Positions 12,901 through 27,900 of a stretch of 64,000 bases of DNA are shown in pieces. The translations under genes and the position numbers were made by a program. The notes beneath the pieces were generated by a model that saw only the letters and a list, made by a program, of their open reading frames with translations, did not search any database and was not told the DNA's origin. Positions within the stretch are counted from its first letter, which is position 1, and the number at the start of each line of letters is the position of its first letter. Origin of the DNA: Eledone cirrhosa (lineage: Eukaryota); contig OZ024740.1 of the NCBI GenBank assembly GCA_964016885.1, forward strand, positions 6,138,001 through 6,202,000, written 5' to 3'.

Positions 12901-15900
12901 ATACCAAAATATTCATAGCACTTGTATATTTATGATTGTATAGTGTCCTTAGTAGAAATTCTTCACCAAAGAGATTTATACCAAAATAGTCATAGAACTG
13001 GTATATATATGATTGTATAGTGTCCTTAGTAGAAATTCTTAAGCAAAGAGATTTATACCAAAACATTCATAGAACTGGTATATATATGATTGTATAGTTT
13101 CCTTAGTAGAAATACTTCCCCAAAGAGATTTATACCATAATATTCATAGAACTGGTATATATATGATTGTATAGTGTCCTTAGTAGAAATACTTCCCCAA
13201 AGACTTTATACCAAAATATTCAAAGAACTGGTATATATATGATTGTATAGTGTCCTTAGTGGAAATACTGCACCAAAGAGATTTATACCAAAATATCCAT
13301 GGAACTGGTATATATATGATTGTATAGTGTCCTTAGTAGAAATTCCTCACCAAAGAGATTTATACCAAAATATTCAAAGAACTGGTATATATATGATTGT
13401 ATAGTGTCCTTAGTAGAAATTCTTCTACAAAGAGATTTATACTAAAATATTCTTAGAACTGTTATATATATATGATTGTATAATGTACTTAGTAGAAATT
13501 CTTCACCAACGATATTTATAACCAAATATTCACAGAACTTGTATATGTATGATTGTATAGTGTCCTTAGTAGAAATTCTTCACCAAAGAGATTGATACCA
13601 AGATATTCATAGAACTGGTATATATATGATTGTATAGTGTCCTTAGTAGAAATACTTCACCAATGTGACTTATACCCAAATATTCATAGAACTGGTATAT
13701 ATATATGATTGTATAGTGTCCTTAGTAGAAATACTTCACCAAAGCAATTTATACCAGAATATTCACAGAACTGGTATATTTATGATTGTATAGTGTCCTT
13801 AGTAGAAATACTTCACCAAAGAGATTTATACCAAAATATTCATAGAACTGGTATATATATGATAGTATAGTGTCCTCAGTAGAAATTCTTCACCAAACAT
13901 ATTTATAGCAAAATATTCATAGAACGGGTATATATATGATTGTATAGTGTCCTTAGTAGCAATTCTTAAGCAAAGAAAAAAATACCAAAATATTCATAGA
14001 ACTGGTATGTATATGATTGTATAGTGTCCTTCGTAGAAATTCTTAAGCAAAGAAATTTATACCAAAATATTCATAGAACTGGTATATATACCAAAATAGT
14101 CATAGAACTGGTATATATATGATTGCATAGTGTTATTAGTAGAAATTCATCACCAAAGAGGTTTATACCAAAATATTCATAGAACTGGTATATATATGAT
14201 TGTATAGTGTCCTTAGTAGAAATACTTAAGCAAAGAGATTTATACCAAAATATTCATAGAACGGGTATATATATGATTGTATAGTTTCTTTAGTAGAAAT
14301 TCTTAAGCAAAGAAATTTATACCAAAATATTCATAGAACGGGTATATATATGATTGTATAGTGTACTTAGTAGAAATTCTAAGCCAAGAGATTTATACCA
14401 AAATATTCATAGAACGGGTATATATATGATTGTATAGTCTTTTTAGTAGAAATGCTTCTCCAAAGAGATTTATACCCAAATATTCATAGAACTGTTATAT
14501 ATATGATTGTATAGTGTCCTTAGTAGAAATACTTCCCCAAAGAGATTTATACCAAAATATTCATAGAACTGGTATATATATGATTGTATAGTTTCCCTAG
14601 TAGAAATTCTTCACCAGAGAGATTCATACCAAAATATTCATAGAACTGGTATACATATGATTGCATAGTGTCCTTAGTAGAAATTCTTCACCAAAGAGAC
14701 TTATACTAAAGTATTCTTAGGACTGGTATATATATGATTGTATAGTGTCCTTAGTAGAAACTCTTCACCAAAGATTTTATACCAAAATATTCATAGAACT
14801 GGTATATATATGATTGTATAGTGTACTTATTAGAAATACTTCACCAAAGAGATGTATACCAAAATATTCATAGAACAGGTATATTTATGATTGTATAGTG
14901 TCCTTAGTAGAAATTCTTCACCAAAGAGATTCATACCAAAATATTCATAGAACTGGTATATTTATGATTGTATAGTGTCCTTAGTAGAAATTCTTCACCA
15001 AAGTGATTTATACCCAAATATTCATAGAACTGGTATATATATGATTGTATAATATCCCTAGTAGCAATTCTTAACCAAACAGATTTATACCAAAATATTC
15101 ATAGAACTGGCATATATATGAGTGTATAGTGTCCTTAGTAGAAATTCTTCACCAAAGAGATGTATACCAAAATATTCATAGAACTGGTATACATATGATT
15201 GCATAGTGTCCCCGGTAGAAATTCTTCACCAAAGAGATTTATACCAAAATATTCATAGAACTGGTATATATATGATTGTATAGTGTCCTTAGTAGAAATT
15301 CTTCTCCAAAGAGATTTATACTAAAATATTCATAGAACTGGTATATATATGATTGTGTAGTGTCCTTGGTAGAAATACTTCACCAAAGATATGTATACCA
15401 AAATAGTCATAGAACTGGTATATATATGATTGTATAGTGTCGTTAGTAGAAATACTTCCCCAAAGAGATTTATACCAAAATATTCATAGAACTGGTATAT
15501 ATATGATTGTATGGTTTCCCTAGTAGAAATTTTTCACCAGAGAGATTTATACCAAAATATTCATATAACTGGTATATATATGATTGTATAGGGTCCTTAG
15601 TAGAAATTCTTCACCAACGAGATTTATACACAAATATTCATAGAACTGGTCTATATATAATTGTATAGTGTCCTTAGTAGAAATTCTTTACCAAAGAGAT
15701 TTATACCAAATTATTCATAGAACTGGTATATATATGATTGTATAGTGTCCTTAGTAGAAACTCTTCACGAAAGGTTTTATACAAAAATATTCATAGAACT
15801 GGTATATATATGATTGTATAGTGTCCTTCGTAGAAATACTTCACCAGAGAGATTTATACCAAAATATTCATAGAACTGGTATATATATGATTGTATAGGG

Positions 15901-18900
15901 TCCTTAGTAGAAATTCTTCAACAACGAGATTTATACACAAATATTCATAGAACTGGTCTATATGATTTTATAGTGTCCTTAGTAGAAATAATTCACCAAA
16001 GAGATTTATACCCAAATATTCACAGAACTGCTATATATATGATTGTATAGTGTCCTTAGTAGAAATTCTTCACCAAAGAGATTCATACCAAAATATTCAT
16101 AGAACTGGTATATATATGATTGTATAGTGTCCTTAGTAGAAATTCTTCACCATAGAGATTCATACCAACATATTTATAGAACTTGTATATATATGATTGT
16201 ATAGTGTCCTTAGTAGAAATTCTTCACCAAAGAGATTTATACCAAAATATCCATAGAACTGCTATATTTATGATTGTATAGTGTCCTTAGTAGAAATACT
16301 TCACCAAAGTGATTTATACCCAAATATTCATAGAACTGGTATACATATGATTGCATAGTGTCCCCGCTAGAAATTCTTCACCAAAGAGATTTATACCAAA
16401 ATATTCATAGAACTGGTCTATATATGATTGTATAGTGTCCTTAGTAGAAATTCTTCTCCAAAGAGATTTATACTAAAATATTCATAGAACTGGTATATAC
16501 ATGATTGTATAGTGTCCTTAGTAGAAATTCTTCACCAAAGAGATTTATACCAAAATATTCATAGAATTGGTTTATATATGATTGTATAGTGTTCTTAGTA
16601 GAAATTCTTCACCAAAGAGATTTATACCAAAATATTCATAGAACTGGTTATATATGATAGTATAGTGTCCTTAGTAGAAATACTTCACCAAAGAGATTTA
16701 TACCAAAATATTCATAGAACGGGTATATATATGATTGTATAGTGTCCTTAGTAGAAATTCTTAAGCAAAGAAATTTATACCAAAATATTCATAGAACGGG
16801 TATATATATGATTGTATAGTGTCCTTAGTAGGAATTCTTAAGCAAAGAGATTTATACCAAAATATTCATAGAACTGGTATATATATGATTGTATAGTGTC
16901 CTTAGTAGGAATTCTTAAGCTAAGCGATTTATACCAAAATATTCATAGAACTGGTTATATATGATTGTATAGTGTCCTTAGTAGAATTACTTCACCAAAG
17001 AGATTTATACCAAAATATTCATAGAACGGGTATATATTTGATTGTATGGTGTCCTTAGTAGGAATTCTTAAGCAAAGAGATTTATTCCAAAATATTCATA
17101 GAACTGGTTATATATGATTGTATAGTGTCCTTAGTAGAAATACTTCACCTAAGAGATTTATACCAAAATATTCATAGAACTGGTATATATATGATTGTAT
17201 AGTGACCTTAGTAGAAACTCTTAAGCAAAGAGATTCATACCAAAATATTCATAGAACGGGTATATATTTGATTGTATAGTGTCCTTAGTAGAAATGCTTC
17301 TCCAAAGAGATTTATACCCAAATATTCATAGAACTGTTATATATATGATTGTATAGTGTCATTAGTAGAAGTTCTTCACCAAAGAGATTTATACAAAATA
17401 ATCATAGAACTGGTATATATATGATTGTATAGTGTCCTTAGTAGAAATACTTCCCCAAAGAGATTTATACCAAAATAGTCATAGAACTGGCATATATATG
17501 AGTATATAGTGTCCTTAGTAGAAATTCTTCACTAAAGAGATTTATACTAAAATATTCTTAGAACTGGTATATATATGATTGTGTAGTGTCCTTAGTAGAA
17601 ATACTTCCCCAAAGAGATGTATACCAATATATTCATAGAAGTGGTATATATATATGATTGTATAGTGTCCTTAGTAGAAATACTTCACCAAAGAGATTTA
17701 TACCAAAATATTCACAGAACTGGTATATATATGATTGTATAGTGTCCTTAGTAGAAATTCTTCACCAAAGAGATTCATACCAAAATATTCATAGAACTGG
17801 TATATATATGATTGTGTAGTGTCCTTAGTAGAAATTCTTCACCCAAGAGATTCATACCAAAATATTCATAGAACTTGTATATTTATGATTGTATAGTGTC
17901 CTTAATAGAAATTCTTCACCAAAGAGATTTATACCAAAACATTCATTGAACTAGTATACATATGATTGCATAGTGTCCCCGGTAGAAATTCTTCACCAAA
18001 GAGATTTATACCAAAATATTCATAGAACTGGTATATAAATGATTGTGTAGTGTCCTTAGTAGAAATCCTTCACCAAAGAGATGTATACCAAAATATTCAT
18101 AGAACTAGTATATATATGATTGTATAGTGTCGTTAGTAGAAATACATCACCAAAGAGATTTATACCAAAATATTCATAGAACTGATTCATATATGATTGT
18201 ATAGTGTCCTCAGTAGAAATTCTTCTCCAAAGAGATTTATACCCAAATATTCATAGAACTGTTATATATATGATTGTATAGTGTCCATAGTAGACATTCT
18301 TCACCAAAGAGATTTATACCAAAATATTCATAGAACTGGTATATATATGATTGTATGTGTCCTTAGTAGAAATTCTTAAGCAAAGAGATTCATACCAAAA
18401 TATTCATAGAACGGGTATATATTTGATTGTATAGTGTCCTTAGTAGAAATGTTTCTCCAAAGAGATTTATACCCAAATATTCATAGAACTGTTATATATA
18501 TGATTGTATAGTGTCCTTAGTAGAAATTCTTCACCAAAGAGATTTATACAAAATAGTCATAGAACTGGTATATATATGATTGTATAGTGTCCTTAGTAGA
18601 AATACTTCCCCAAAGAGATTTATACCAAAATAGTCATAGAACTGGCATATATATGAGTATATAGTGTCCTTAGTAGAAATTCTTCACCAAAGAGATTTAT
18701 ATCAAAATATTCATAGAACTGGTATACATGATTGCATAGTGTCCCCGGTAGAAATTCTTCACCAAAGAGATTTATACCAAAATATTCATAGAACTGGTAT
18801 ATATATGATTGTATAATTTCCCTGGTAAAAATTCTTACCCAGAGAGATTCATACCAAAATATTCATAGAACTGGTATATATATGATTGTATAGTGTCCTT

Positions 18901-21900
18901 AGTAGAAATTCTTCTCCAAAGAGATTTATACTAAAATATTCTTAGAAATGGTATATATATGATTGTGTAGTGTCCTTAGTAGAAATACTTCCCCAAAGAG
19001 ATGTATACCAAAATATTCATAGAACTTGTATATTTATGATTGTATAGTGTCCTTAATAGAATTTCTTCACCAAAGAGATTTATACCAAAACATTCATAGA
19101 ACTGGTATACGTATGATTGCATAGTGTCCCCGGTAGAAATTCTTCACCAAAGAGATTTATACCAAAATATTCATAGAACTGGTATATATATGATTGTGTA
19201 GTGTCCTTAGTAGAAATACTTCACCAAAGAGATGTATACCAAAATATTCATAGAACTAGTATATATATGATTGTATAGTGTCCTTAGTAGAAATACTTCA
19301 CCAAAGAGATTTATACCAAAATATTCATAGAACTGATTTATATATGATTGTATAGTGTCCTCAGTAGAAATTCTTCTCCAAAGAGATTTATACCCAAATA
19401 TTCATAGAACTGTTATATATATGATTGTATAGTGTCCTTAGTAGAAATTCTTCACCAAAGGGATTTATACCAAAATATTCATAGAACTGGTATATATATG
19501 ATTGTATAGTGTCCTTAGTAGAAATACTTCACCAAAGAGACTTAGACCAAAATATTCATAGAAGTAGTATATATATCATTGTATAGTGTCCTTATAGAAA
19601 TTCTTCACCAAAGAGATTTATACCAAAATATTCATAGAATTGGTTTATATATGATAGTATAGTGTCCTTAGTAGAAATACTTCACCAAAGAGATTTATAC
19701 CAAAATATTCATAGAACGGGTATATATATGATTGTATAGTGTCCTTAGTAGAAATTCTTAAGCAAAGAAATTTATACCAAAATATTCATAGAACGGGTAT
19801 ATATATGATTGTATAGTGTCCTTAGTAGGAATTCTTAAGCAAAGAGATTTATACCAAAATAATCATAGAACTGGTAAATATATGATTGTATAGTGTCCTT
19901 AGTAGAAATTCTTCACCAAAGAGATTTATACCAAAACATTCATAGAACTGGTATATATATGATTGTGTAGTGTCCTTAGTAGAAATTCTTAAGCAAAAAA
20001 TTTATACCAAAATATTCATAGAACGGGTATATATATGATTGTATAGTGTCCTTAGTAGGAATTCTTAAGCAAAGCGATTTATACTAAAATATTCATAGAA
20101 CGGGTATATATATGATTGTATAGTGTCCTTAGTAGGAATTCTTAAGCAAAGAGATTTATACCAAAATATTCATAGAACTGGTATATATATGATTCTATAG
20201 TGTCCTTAGTAGGAATTCTTAAGCAAAGAGATTTATACCAAAATATTCATAGAACTGGTTATATATGATTGTATAGTGTCCTTAGTAGAAATACTTCACC
20301 AAAGAGATTTATACCAAAATATTCATAGAACGGGTATATATATGATTGTATAGTGTCCTTAGTAGGAATTCTTAAGCTAAGAGATTTATACCAAAATATT
20401 CATAGCACTGGTTATATATGATTGTATAGTGTCCTTAGTAGAAATACTTCACCAAAGAGATTTATACCAAAATATTCATAGAATGGGTATATATATGATT
20501 GTATAGTGTCCTTAGTAGAAATTCTTAAGCAAAGAGATTTATACCAAAATAGTCATAGAACTGGCATATATATGAGTATATAGTGTCCTTAGTAGAAATT
20601 CTTCACTAAAGAGATTTATACCAAAATATTCATAGAACTGGTATACATATGATTGCATAGTGTCCCCGGTAGAAATACTTTACCAAAGAGATTTATACCA
20701 AAATATTCATAGAACTGGTATATATATGATTGTATAATTTCCCTGGTAAAAATTCTTAACCAGAGAGATTCATACCAAAATATTCATAGAACTGGTATAT
20801 AAATGATTGTATAGTGTCCTTAGTAGAAATTCTTCTCCAAAGAGATTTATACGAAAATATTCTTAGAACTGGTATATACATGATTGTGTAGTGTCCTTAG
20901 TAGAAATACTTCCCCAAAGAGATGTATACCAAAATATTCATAGAAGTGGTATATATATGATTCTATAGTGTCCTTAGTAGAAATTCTTCACCCAAGGGAT
21001 TCATACCAAAATATTCATAGAACTGGTATACATATGATTGCATAGTGTCTCCGGTAGAAATTTTTCACCAAAGAGATTTATACCAAAATATTCATAGAAC
21101 TGGTACATTTATGATTGTGTAGTGTCCTTAGTAGAAATACTTCACCAAAGAGATGTACACCAAAATATTCATAGAACTGGTATACATATGATTGCATAGT
21201 GTCCCCGGTAGAAATTCATCACCAAAGAGATTTATACCAAAATATTCATAGAACTGGTATATATATGATTGTGTAGTGTCCTTAGTAGAAATACTTCACC
21301 AAGGAGATGTATACCAAAATATTCATAGAACTGGTATATATATGATTGTATAGTGTCCTTAGTAGAAATACTTCACCAAAGAGATTTATACCAAAATATT
21401 CATAGAACTGATTCATATATGATTGTATAGTGTCCTCAGTAGAAATTCTTCTCCAAAGAGATTTATACCCAAATATTCATAGAACTGTTATATATATGAT
21501 TGTATAGTGTCCTTAGTAGAAATTCTTCACCAAAGAGATTTATACCAAAATATTCATAGAACTGGTATAGATATGATTGCATAGTGTCCCCGGTAGAAAT
21601 TCTTCACCAAAGAGATTTATACCAAAATAGTCATAGAAGTGGTATATATATGATTGTATAGTGTCCTTAGTAGAAATTCTTCACCAAAGAGATTTATACC
21701 AAAATATTCATAGAAGTAGTATATATATGATTGTATAGTGTCCTTATAGAACTTTTTCACCGAAGAGATTTATACCAAAATATTCATAGAATTGGTTTAT
21801 ATATGATTGTATAGTGTTCTTAGTAGAAATTCTTCACCAAAGAGATTTATACCAAAATATTCATAGAACTGGTTATATATGATAGTATAGTGTCCTTAGT

Positions 21901-24900
21901 AGAAATACTTCACCAAAGAGATTTATACCAAAATATTCATAGAACGTTTATATATATGATTGTGTAGTGCCCTTAGTAGAAATTCTTAAGCAAAGAAATG
22001 TATACCAAAATATTCATAGAACGGGTATATATATGATTTATAGTGTCCTTAGTAGGAATTCTTAAGCAAAGAGATTTATACCAAAATAATCATAGAACTG
22101 GTATATATATGATTGTATAGTGTCCTTAGTAGAAATTCTTCACCCAAGAGATTCATACCAAAATATTCATAGAACTTGTATATTTATGATTGTATAGTGT
22201 CCTTAGTAGAAATTCTTCACCAAAGAGATTTATACCAAAACATTCATAGAACTGGTGTACATATGATTGCATAGTGTCCCCGGTAGAAATTCTTCACCAA
22301 AGAGATTTATACAAAATAGTCATAGAACTGGTATATATATGATTGTATAGTGTCCTTAGTAGAAATACTTCCCCAAAGAGATTTATACCAAAATAGTCAT
22401 AGAACTGGCATATATATGAGTATATAGTGTCATTAGTAGAAATTCTTCACCAAAGAGATTTATACCAAAATATTCATAGAACTGGTATATGTATGATTGT
22501 ATAATTTCCCCGGTAAAAATTCTTAACCAGAGAGATTCATACCAAAATATTCATAGAACTGGTATATATATGATTGTATAGTGTCCTTAGTAGAAATACT
22601 TCCCCAAAGAGATGTATACCAAAATATTCATAGAAGTGGTATATATATGATTGTATAGTGTCCTTAGTAGAAATACTTCACCAAAGAGATTCATACCAAA
22701 ATATTCATAGAACTGGTATATATATGATTGTATAGTGTCCTTAGTAGAAATTCTTCACCCAAGAGATTCATACCAAAATATTCATAGAACTGGTATACAT
22801 ATGATTGCATAGTGTCCCCGGTAGAAATTCTTCACCAAAGAGATTTTTACGAAAATATTCATAGAACTGTTATATATATGATTGTGTAGTGTCCTTAGTA
22901 GAAATACTTCACCAAAGAGATGTATACCAAAATATTCATAGAACTGGTATACATATGATTGCATAGTGTCCGCGGTAGAAATTCTTCAACAAAGAGATTT
23001 ATACCAAAATATTCATAGAACGGGTATATACATGATTGTGTAGTGTCCTTAGTAGAAATACTTCACCAAAGAGATGTATACCAAAATATTCATAGAACTG
23101 GTATATATATGATTGTATAGTGTCCTTAGTAGAAATACTTCACCAAAGAGATTTATACCAAAATATTCGTAGATCTGATTTATATATGATTGTATAGTGT
23201 CCTCAGTAGAAATTCTTCTCCAAAGAGATTTATACCCAAATATTCATAGAACTGTTATATATATGATTGTATAGTGTCCTTAGTAGAAATTCTTCACCAA
23301 AGAGATTTATACCAAAATATTCATAGAACTGGTATACATATGATTGCATAGTGTCCCCTGTAGAAATTCTTCACCAAAGAGATTTATACAAAATAGTCAT
23401 AGAACTGGTATATATATGATTGTATAGTGTCCTTAGTAGAAATACTTCCCCAAAGAGATTTATACCAAAATAGTCATAGAACTGGCATATATATGAGTAT
23501 ATATTGTCCTTAGTAGAAATTCTTCACCAAAGAGATTTATACCAAAATATTCATAGAACTGGTATACATATGATTGCATAGTGTCCCCGGTAGAAATTCT
23601 TCACCAAAGAGATTTATACCAAAATATTCATAGAACTGGTATATATATGATTGTATAATTTGCCTGGTAAAAATTCTTAACCAGAGAGATTCATACCAAA
23701 ATATTCATAGAAGTGGTATATATATGATTGTATAGTGTCCTTAGTAGAAATTCTTCACCAAAGAGATTTATACCAAAATATTCATAGAAGTAGTATATAT
23801 ATGATTGTATATTGTCCTTATAGAATCTCTTCACCAAAGAGATTTATACCAAAATATTCATAGAATTGGTTTATATATGATTGTATAGTGTTCTTAGTAG
23901 AAATTCTTCACCAAAGAGATTTATACCAAAATATTCATCGAACTGGTTATATATGATAGTATAGTGTCCTTAGTAGAAATACTTCACCAAAGAGATTTAT
24001 ACCAAAATATTCATAGAACGGGTATATATATGATTGTATAGTGTCCTTAGTAGAAATTCTTAAGCAAAGAAATTTATACCAAAATATTCATAGAACGGGT
24101 ATATATATGATTGTATAGTGTCCTTAGTAGGAATTCTTACGCAAAGAGATTTATACCAAAATAATCATAGAACTGGTATATATATGATTGTATAGTGTCC
24201 TTAGTAGAAATTCTTCACCCAAGAGATTCATACCAAAATATTCATAGAACTGGTATATATATGATTGTATAGTGTCCTTAGTAGAAATACTTCCCCAAAG
24301 AGATGTATACCAAAATATTCATAGAAGTGGTATATATATGATTGTATAGTGTCCTTAGTAGAAATACTTCACCAAAAGATTTATACCAAAATATTCAGAG
24401 AACTGGTATATATATGATTGTATAGTGTCCTTAGTAGAAATTTTTCACCAAAGAGATTCATACCAAAATATTCATAGAACTGGTATATATATGATTGTAT
24501 AGTGTCCTTAGTAGAAATTCTTCACCCAAGAGATTCATACCAAAATAGTCATAGAACTGGCATATATATGAGTATATAGTGTCCTTAGTAGAAATTCTTC
24601 ACCAAAGAGATTTATACCAAAATATTCCTAGAACTGGTATACATATGATTGCATAGTGTCCCCGGTAGAAATTCTTCACCAAAGAGATTTATACCAAAAT
24701 ATTCATAGAACTGGTATATATATGATTGTATAATTTGCCTGGTAAAAATTCTTAACCAGAGAGATTCATACCAAAATATTCATAGAACCGGTATATATAT
24801 GATTCTAAAGTGTCCTTAGTAGAAATTCTTCTCCAAAGAGATTTATACGAAAATATTCTTAGAACTGGTATATATATGATTGTGTAGTGTCCTTAGTAGA

Positions 24901-27900
24901 AATACTTCCCCAAAGAGATGTATACCAAAATATTCATAGAAGTGGTATATATATGATTGTATAGTGTCCTTAGTAGAAACACTTCACCAAAGAGATTTAT
25001 ACCAAAATATTCATAGAACTGGTATAGATATGATTGCATAGTGTCCCCGGTAGAAATTCTTCACCAAAGAGATTTATACCAAAATAGTCATAGAAGTGGT
25101 ATATATATGATTGTATAGTGTCCTTAGTAGAAATTCTTCACCAAAGAGATTTATACCAGAATATTCATAGAAGTAGTATATATATGATTGTATATTGTCC
25201 TTATAGAATTTTTTAACCCAAGAGATTTATACCAAAATATTCATAGAATTGGTTTATATATGATTGTATAGTGTTCTTAGTAGAAATTCTTCACCAAAGA
25301 GATTTATACCAAAATATTCATCGAACTGGTTATATATGATAGTATAGTGTCCTTAGTAGAAATACTTCACCAAAGAGATTTATACCAAAATATTCATAGA
25401 ACGGGTATATATATGATTGTATAGTGTCCTTAGTAGAAATTCTTAAGCAAAGAAATTTATACCAAAATATTCATAGAACGGGTATATATATGATTGTATA
25501 GTGTCCTTAGTAGAAATTCTTCACCCAAGAGATTCATACCAAAATATTCATAGAACTGGTATATATATGATTGTATAATTTCCCTGGTAAAATTTCTTAA
25601 CCAGAGAGATTCATACCAAAATATTCATAGAACTGGTATATATATGATTGTATAGTGTCCTTAGTATAAATACTTCCCCAAAGAGATGTATACCAAAATA
25701 TTCATAGAAGTGGTATATATATTATTGTATAGTGTCCTTAGTAGAAATACTTCACCAAAGAGATTTATACCAAAATATTCACAGAGCTGGTATATATATG
25801 ATTGTATAGTGTCCTTAGTAGAAATTCTTCACCAAAGAGATTCATACCAAAATATTCATAGAACTGGTATATATATGATTGTATAGTGTCCTTAGTAGAA
25901 ATTCTTCACCCAAGAGATTCATACCAAAATATTCATAGAACTGGTATACATATGATTGCATAGTGTCCCCGGTAGAAATTCTTCACCAACGAGATTTATA
26001 CCAAAATATTCATAGGACTGGTATATATATGATTGTGTAGTGTCCTTAGTAGAAATACTTCACCAAAGAGATGTATACCAAAATATTCATAGAACTGGTA
26101 TACATATGATTGCATAGTGTCCCCGGTAGAAATTCTTCACCAAAGAGATTTATACCAAAATATTCATAGAACTGGTATATATTTGATTGTATAGTGTCCT
26201 TAGTAGAAATACTTCACCAAAGAGATTTATACCAAAATATTCATAGAACTGATTTATATATGATTGTATAGTGTCCTCAGTAGAAATTCTTCTGCAAAGA
26301 GATTTATACCAAAATATTCATAGAACTGTTATATATATGATTGTATAGTGTCCTTAGTGGAAATTCTTCACCAAAGAGATTTATACCAAAATATTCATAG
26401 AAGTAGTATATATATGATTGTATAGTGTCCTTATAGAAATTCTTCACCAAAGAGATTTATACCAAAATATTCATAGAATTGGTTTATATATGATTGTATA
26501 GTGTTCTTAGTAGAAATTCTTCACCAAAGAGATTTATACCAAAATATTCATAGAACTGGTATATATATGATTTTGTAGTGTCCTTAGTAGAAATACTTCA
26601 CCAAAGAGATGTATACCAAAATATTCATAGAACTAGTATATATATGATTGTATAGTGTCCTTAGTAGAAATACTTCACCAAAGAGATTTATACCAAAATA
26701 TTCATAGAACTGATTTATATATGATTGTATAGTGTCCTCAGTAGAAATTCTTCTCCAAAGAGATTTATACCCAAATATTCATAGAACTGTATATATATGA
26801 TTGTATAGTGTCCTTAGTAGAAATTCTTCACCAAAGAGATTTATACCAAAATATTCATAGAACTGGTATAGATATGATTGCATAGTGTCCCCGGTAGAAA
26901 TTCTTCACCAAAGAGATTTATACCAAAATAGTCATAGAAGTGGTATATATATGATTGTATAGTGTCCTTAGTAGAAATGCTTCTCCAAAGAGATTTATAC
27001 TAAAATATTCATAGAATTGGTATATATATGATTGTGTAGTGTCCTTGGTAGAAATAATTCACCAAAGAGATGTATACCAAAATATTCATAGAACTGGTTA
27101 TATATGATTGTATAGTGTCCTTAGTAGAAATACTTCACCAAAGAGATTTGTAACAAAATATTCATAGAACGGGTATATATATGATTGTATAGTGTCCTTA
27201 GTAGGAATTCTTAAGCTAAGAGATTTATACCAAAATATTCATAGAACTGGTTATATATGATTGTTTAGTGTCCTTAGTAGAAATACTTCACCAAAGAGAT
27301 TTATACCAAAATATTCATAGAATGGGTATATATATGATTGTATAGTGTCCTTAGTAGAAATTCTTAAGCAAGGAGATTCATACCAAAATATTCATAGAAC
27401 GGGTATATATATGATTGTATAGTGTCCTTAGTAGAAATGCTTCTCCAAAGAGATTTATACCCAAATATTCATAGAACTGTTATATATATGATTGTATAGT
27501 GTCCTTAGTAGAAATTCTTCACCAAAGAGATTTATACCAAAATAGTCATAGAACTGGTATACATATGATTGGATAGTGTCCCCGGTAGAAATTCTTCACC
27601 AAAGAGATTTATACCAAAATATTCATAGAACAGGTATATATATGATTGTATAATTTCCCTGGTAAAAATTCTTAACCAGAGAGATTCATACCAAAATATT
27701 CATAGAACTGGTATATATATATGATTGCATAGTGTCCTTAGTAGAAATTCTTCTCCAAAGAGATTTATACTAAAATATTCTTAGAACTGGTATATATATA
27801 TGATTGTGTAGTGTCCTTAGTAGACATACTTCCCCAAAGAGATGTATACCAAAATATTCATAGAAGTGGTATATATATGATTGTATAGTGTCCTTAGTAG

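Noticed and set aside
22782-22964. 60-aa minus-strand ORF
   Set aside because: It lies wholly in satellite monomers. 77 is not a multiple of 3, so frames rotate and short stop-free runs arise by chance; there is no gene context.
25686-25886. 66-aa plus-strand ORF
   Set aside because: Translation of about 2.6 satellite monomers, open only because of chance point variants.
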